64,000 bases of DNA from a virus, in IMG/VR virus record IMGVR_UViG_3300044824_000082, positions 4,652-68,651 of that record, one strand, 5' to 3'. Numbering within the stretch: the stretch's first letter is position 1; every line of letters begins with the position of its first letter. Of the stretch, positions 63,679 through 64,000 are shown piece by piece. The position numbers and the translations under genes were made by a program. Below the pieces are notes generated by a model that saw only the letters and a program-made list of their open reading frames with translations, was not told where the DNA came from and did no database searches.

Positions 63679-64000
63679 CGTGGAGCAAGGCCAGTAGGGC
63701 ATGGTATTACAGAAACCAAGAAAAAGTGCGGCAGCAGCGGGCGCAATATCGGTTACAAGCAATGGAAATTCTCGGGGGAATTAAGTGCAGTTGGCCTAAC
63801 GGTTGTAATTGCGCAAATATTGATTTGCTTGAGATAGACCATGTTAAAGGTGGTGGAGACAAAGAGAGACGGTATAATGGGTTGCATGGTGGATGGGTTT
63901 TGGCCCGTGAAGTTGCGCAGGGAAGGTATCCAAAGGAGAAGCAAGCAAATTTGCGGGTTCTTTGCACGATGCATAATTGGCTTGCGCATGTAGAACGAAA
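63675..64000 (+). CDS. HNH endonuclease (runs off the window end)
   Basis: LGGIKCSWPNGC..LEIDHVKGGG..NLRVLCTMHN, translated by hand; same family as 1950 and 60085. Confidence 0.8.
   Translation, partial: MTWSKASRAWYYRNQEKVRQQRAQYRLQAMEILGGIKCSWPNGCNCANIDLLEIDHVKGGGDKERRYNGLHGGWVLAREVAQGRYPKEKQANLRVLCTMHNWLAHVER

Noticed and set aside
197-63989. The many minus-strand ORFs in the track (e.g. 32386-33639, 55368-56615, 57915-59033)
   Set aside because: They are antisense shadows of well-supported + strand genes in GC-rich DNA, with no motifs or promoters
1-64000. Stop-codon reassignment suggested by the viral release factor
   Set aside because: Long conserved genes are uninterrupted in the standard code and end in TAA, TAG or TGA

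Overview
The window is a large part of a tailed (siphovirus-like, Caudoviricetes) dsDNA virus of an archaeon. Every credible gene is on the + strand. Many genes have BRE/TATA-like promoters (AAAGGTTTAAGTA-type) about 23-26 nt before a leaderless ATG. Contents: (1) Morphogenesis genes: portal, MuF-like head protein, HK97-type prohead protease with a long modular tail, scaffold, major capsid, adaptor, tail tube, tail chaperone with a probable +1 frameshift, short tape measure, and several long fibre/adhesin proteins. (2) A replication/repair block: RadB-like ATPase, AEP primase, family-B polymerase, Cas4-like and ERCC4 nucleases. (3) Accessory enzymes: QueD, PRTase, glycosyltransferases, HD hydrolase, papain-like peptidase. 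(4) About nine homing-type endonucleases or remnants. (5) A translation module made of an archaeal class-1 release factor (aRF1) and 26 intron-less tRNAs covering 19 amino acids, with a Zn-dependent deaminase inside the array. The most striking observations: 7 of 26 tRNAs have C33 instead of the near-invariant U33, and several others have compensatory rewiring of the tertiary core. At least three endonuclease genes sit between an orphaned 5' stub of a gene and a recoded replacement 5' end of the same gene (prohead protease, aRF1, QueD, possibly PolB). Head proteins share an 'RALAG..KK' motif and Lys-centred putative cleavage sites. No terminase or tail sheath was seen. All calls come from reading motifs by eye; no searches were run.
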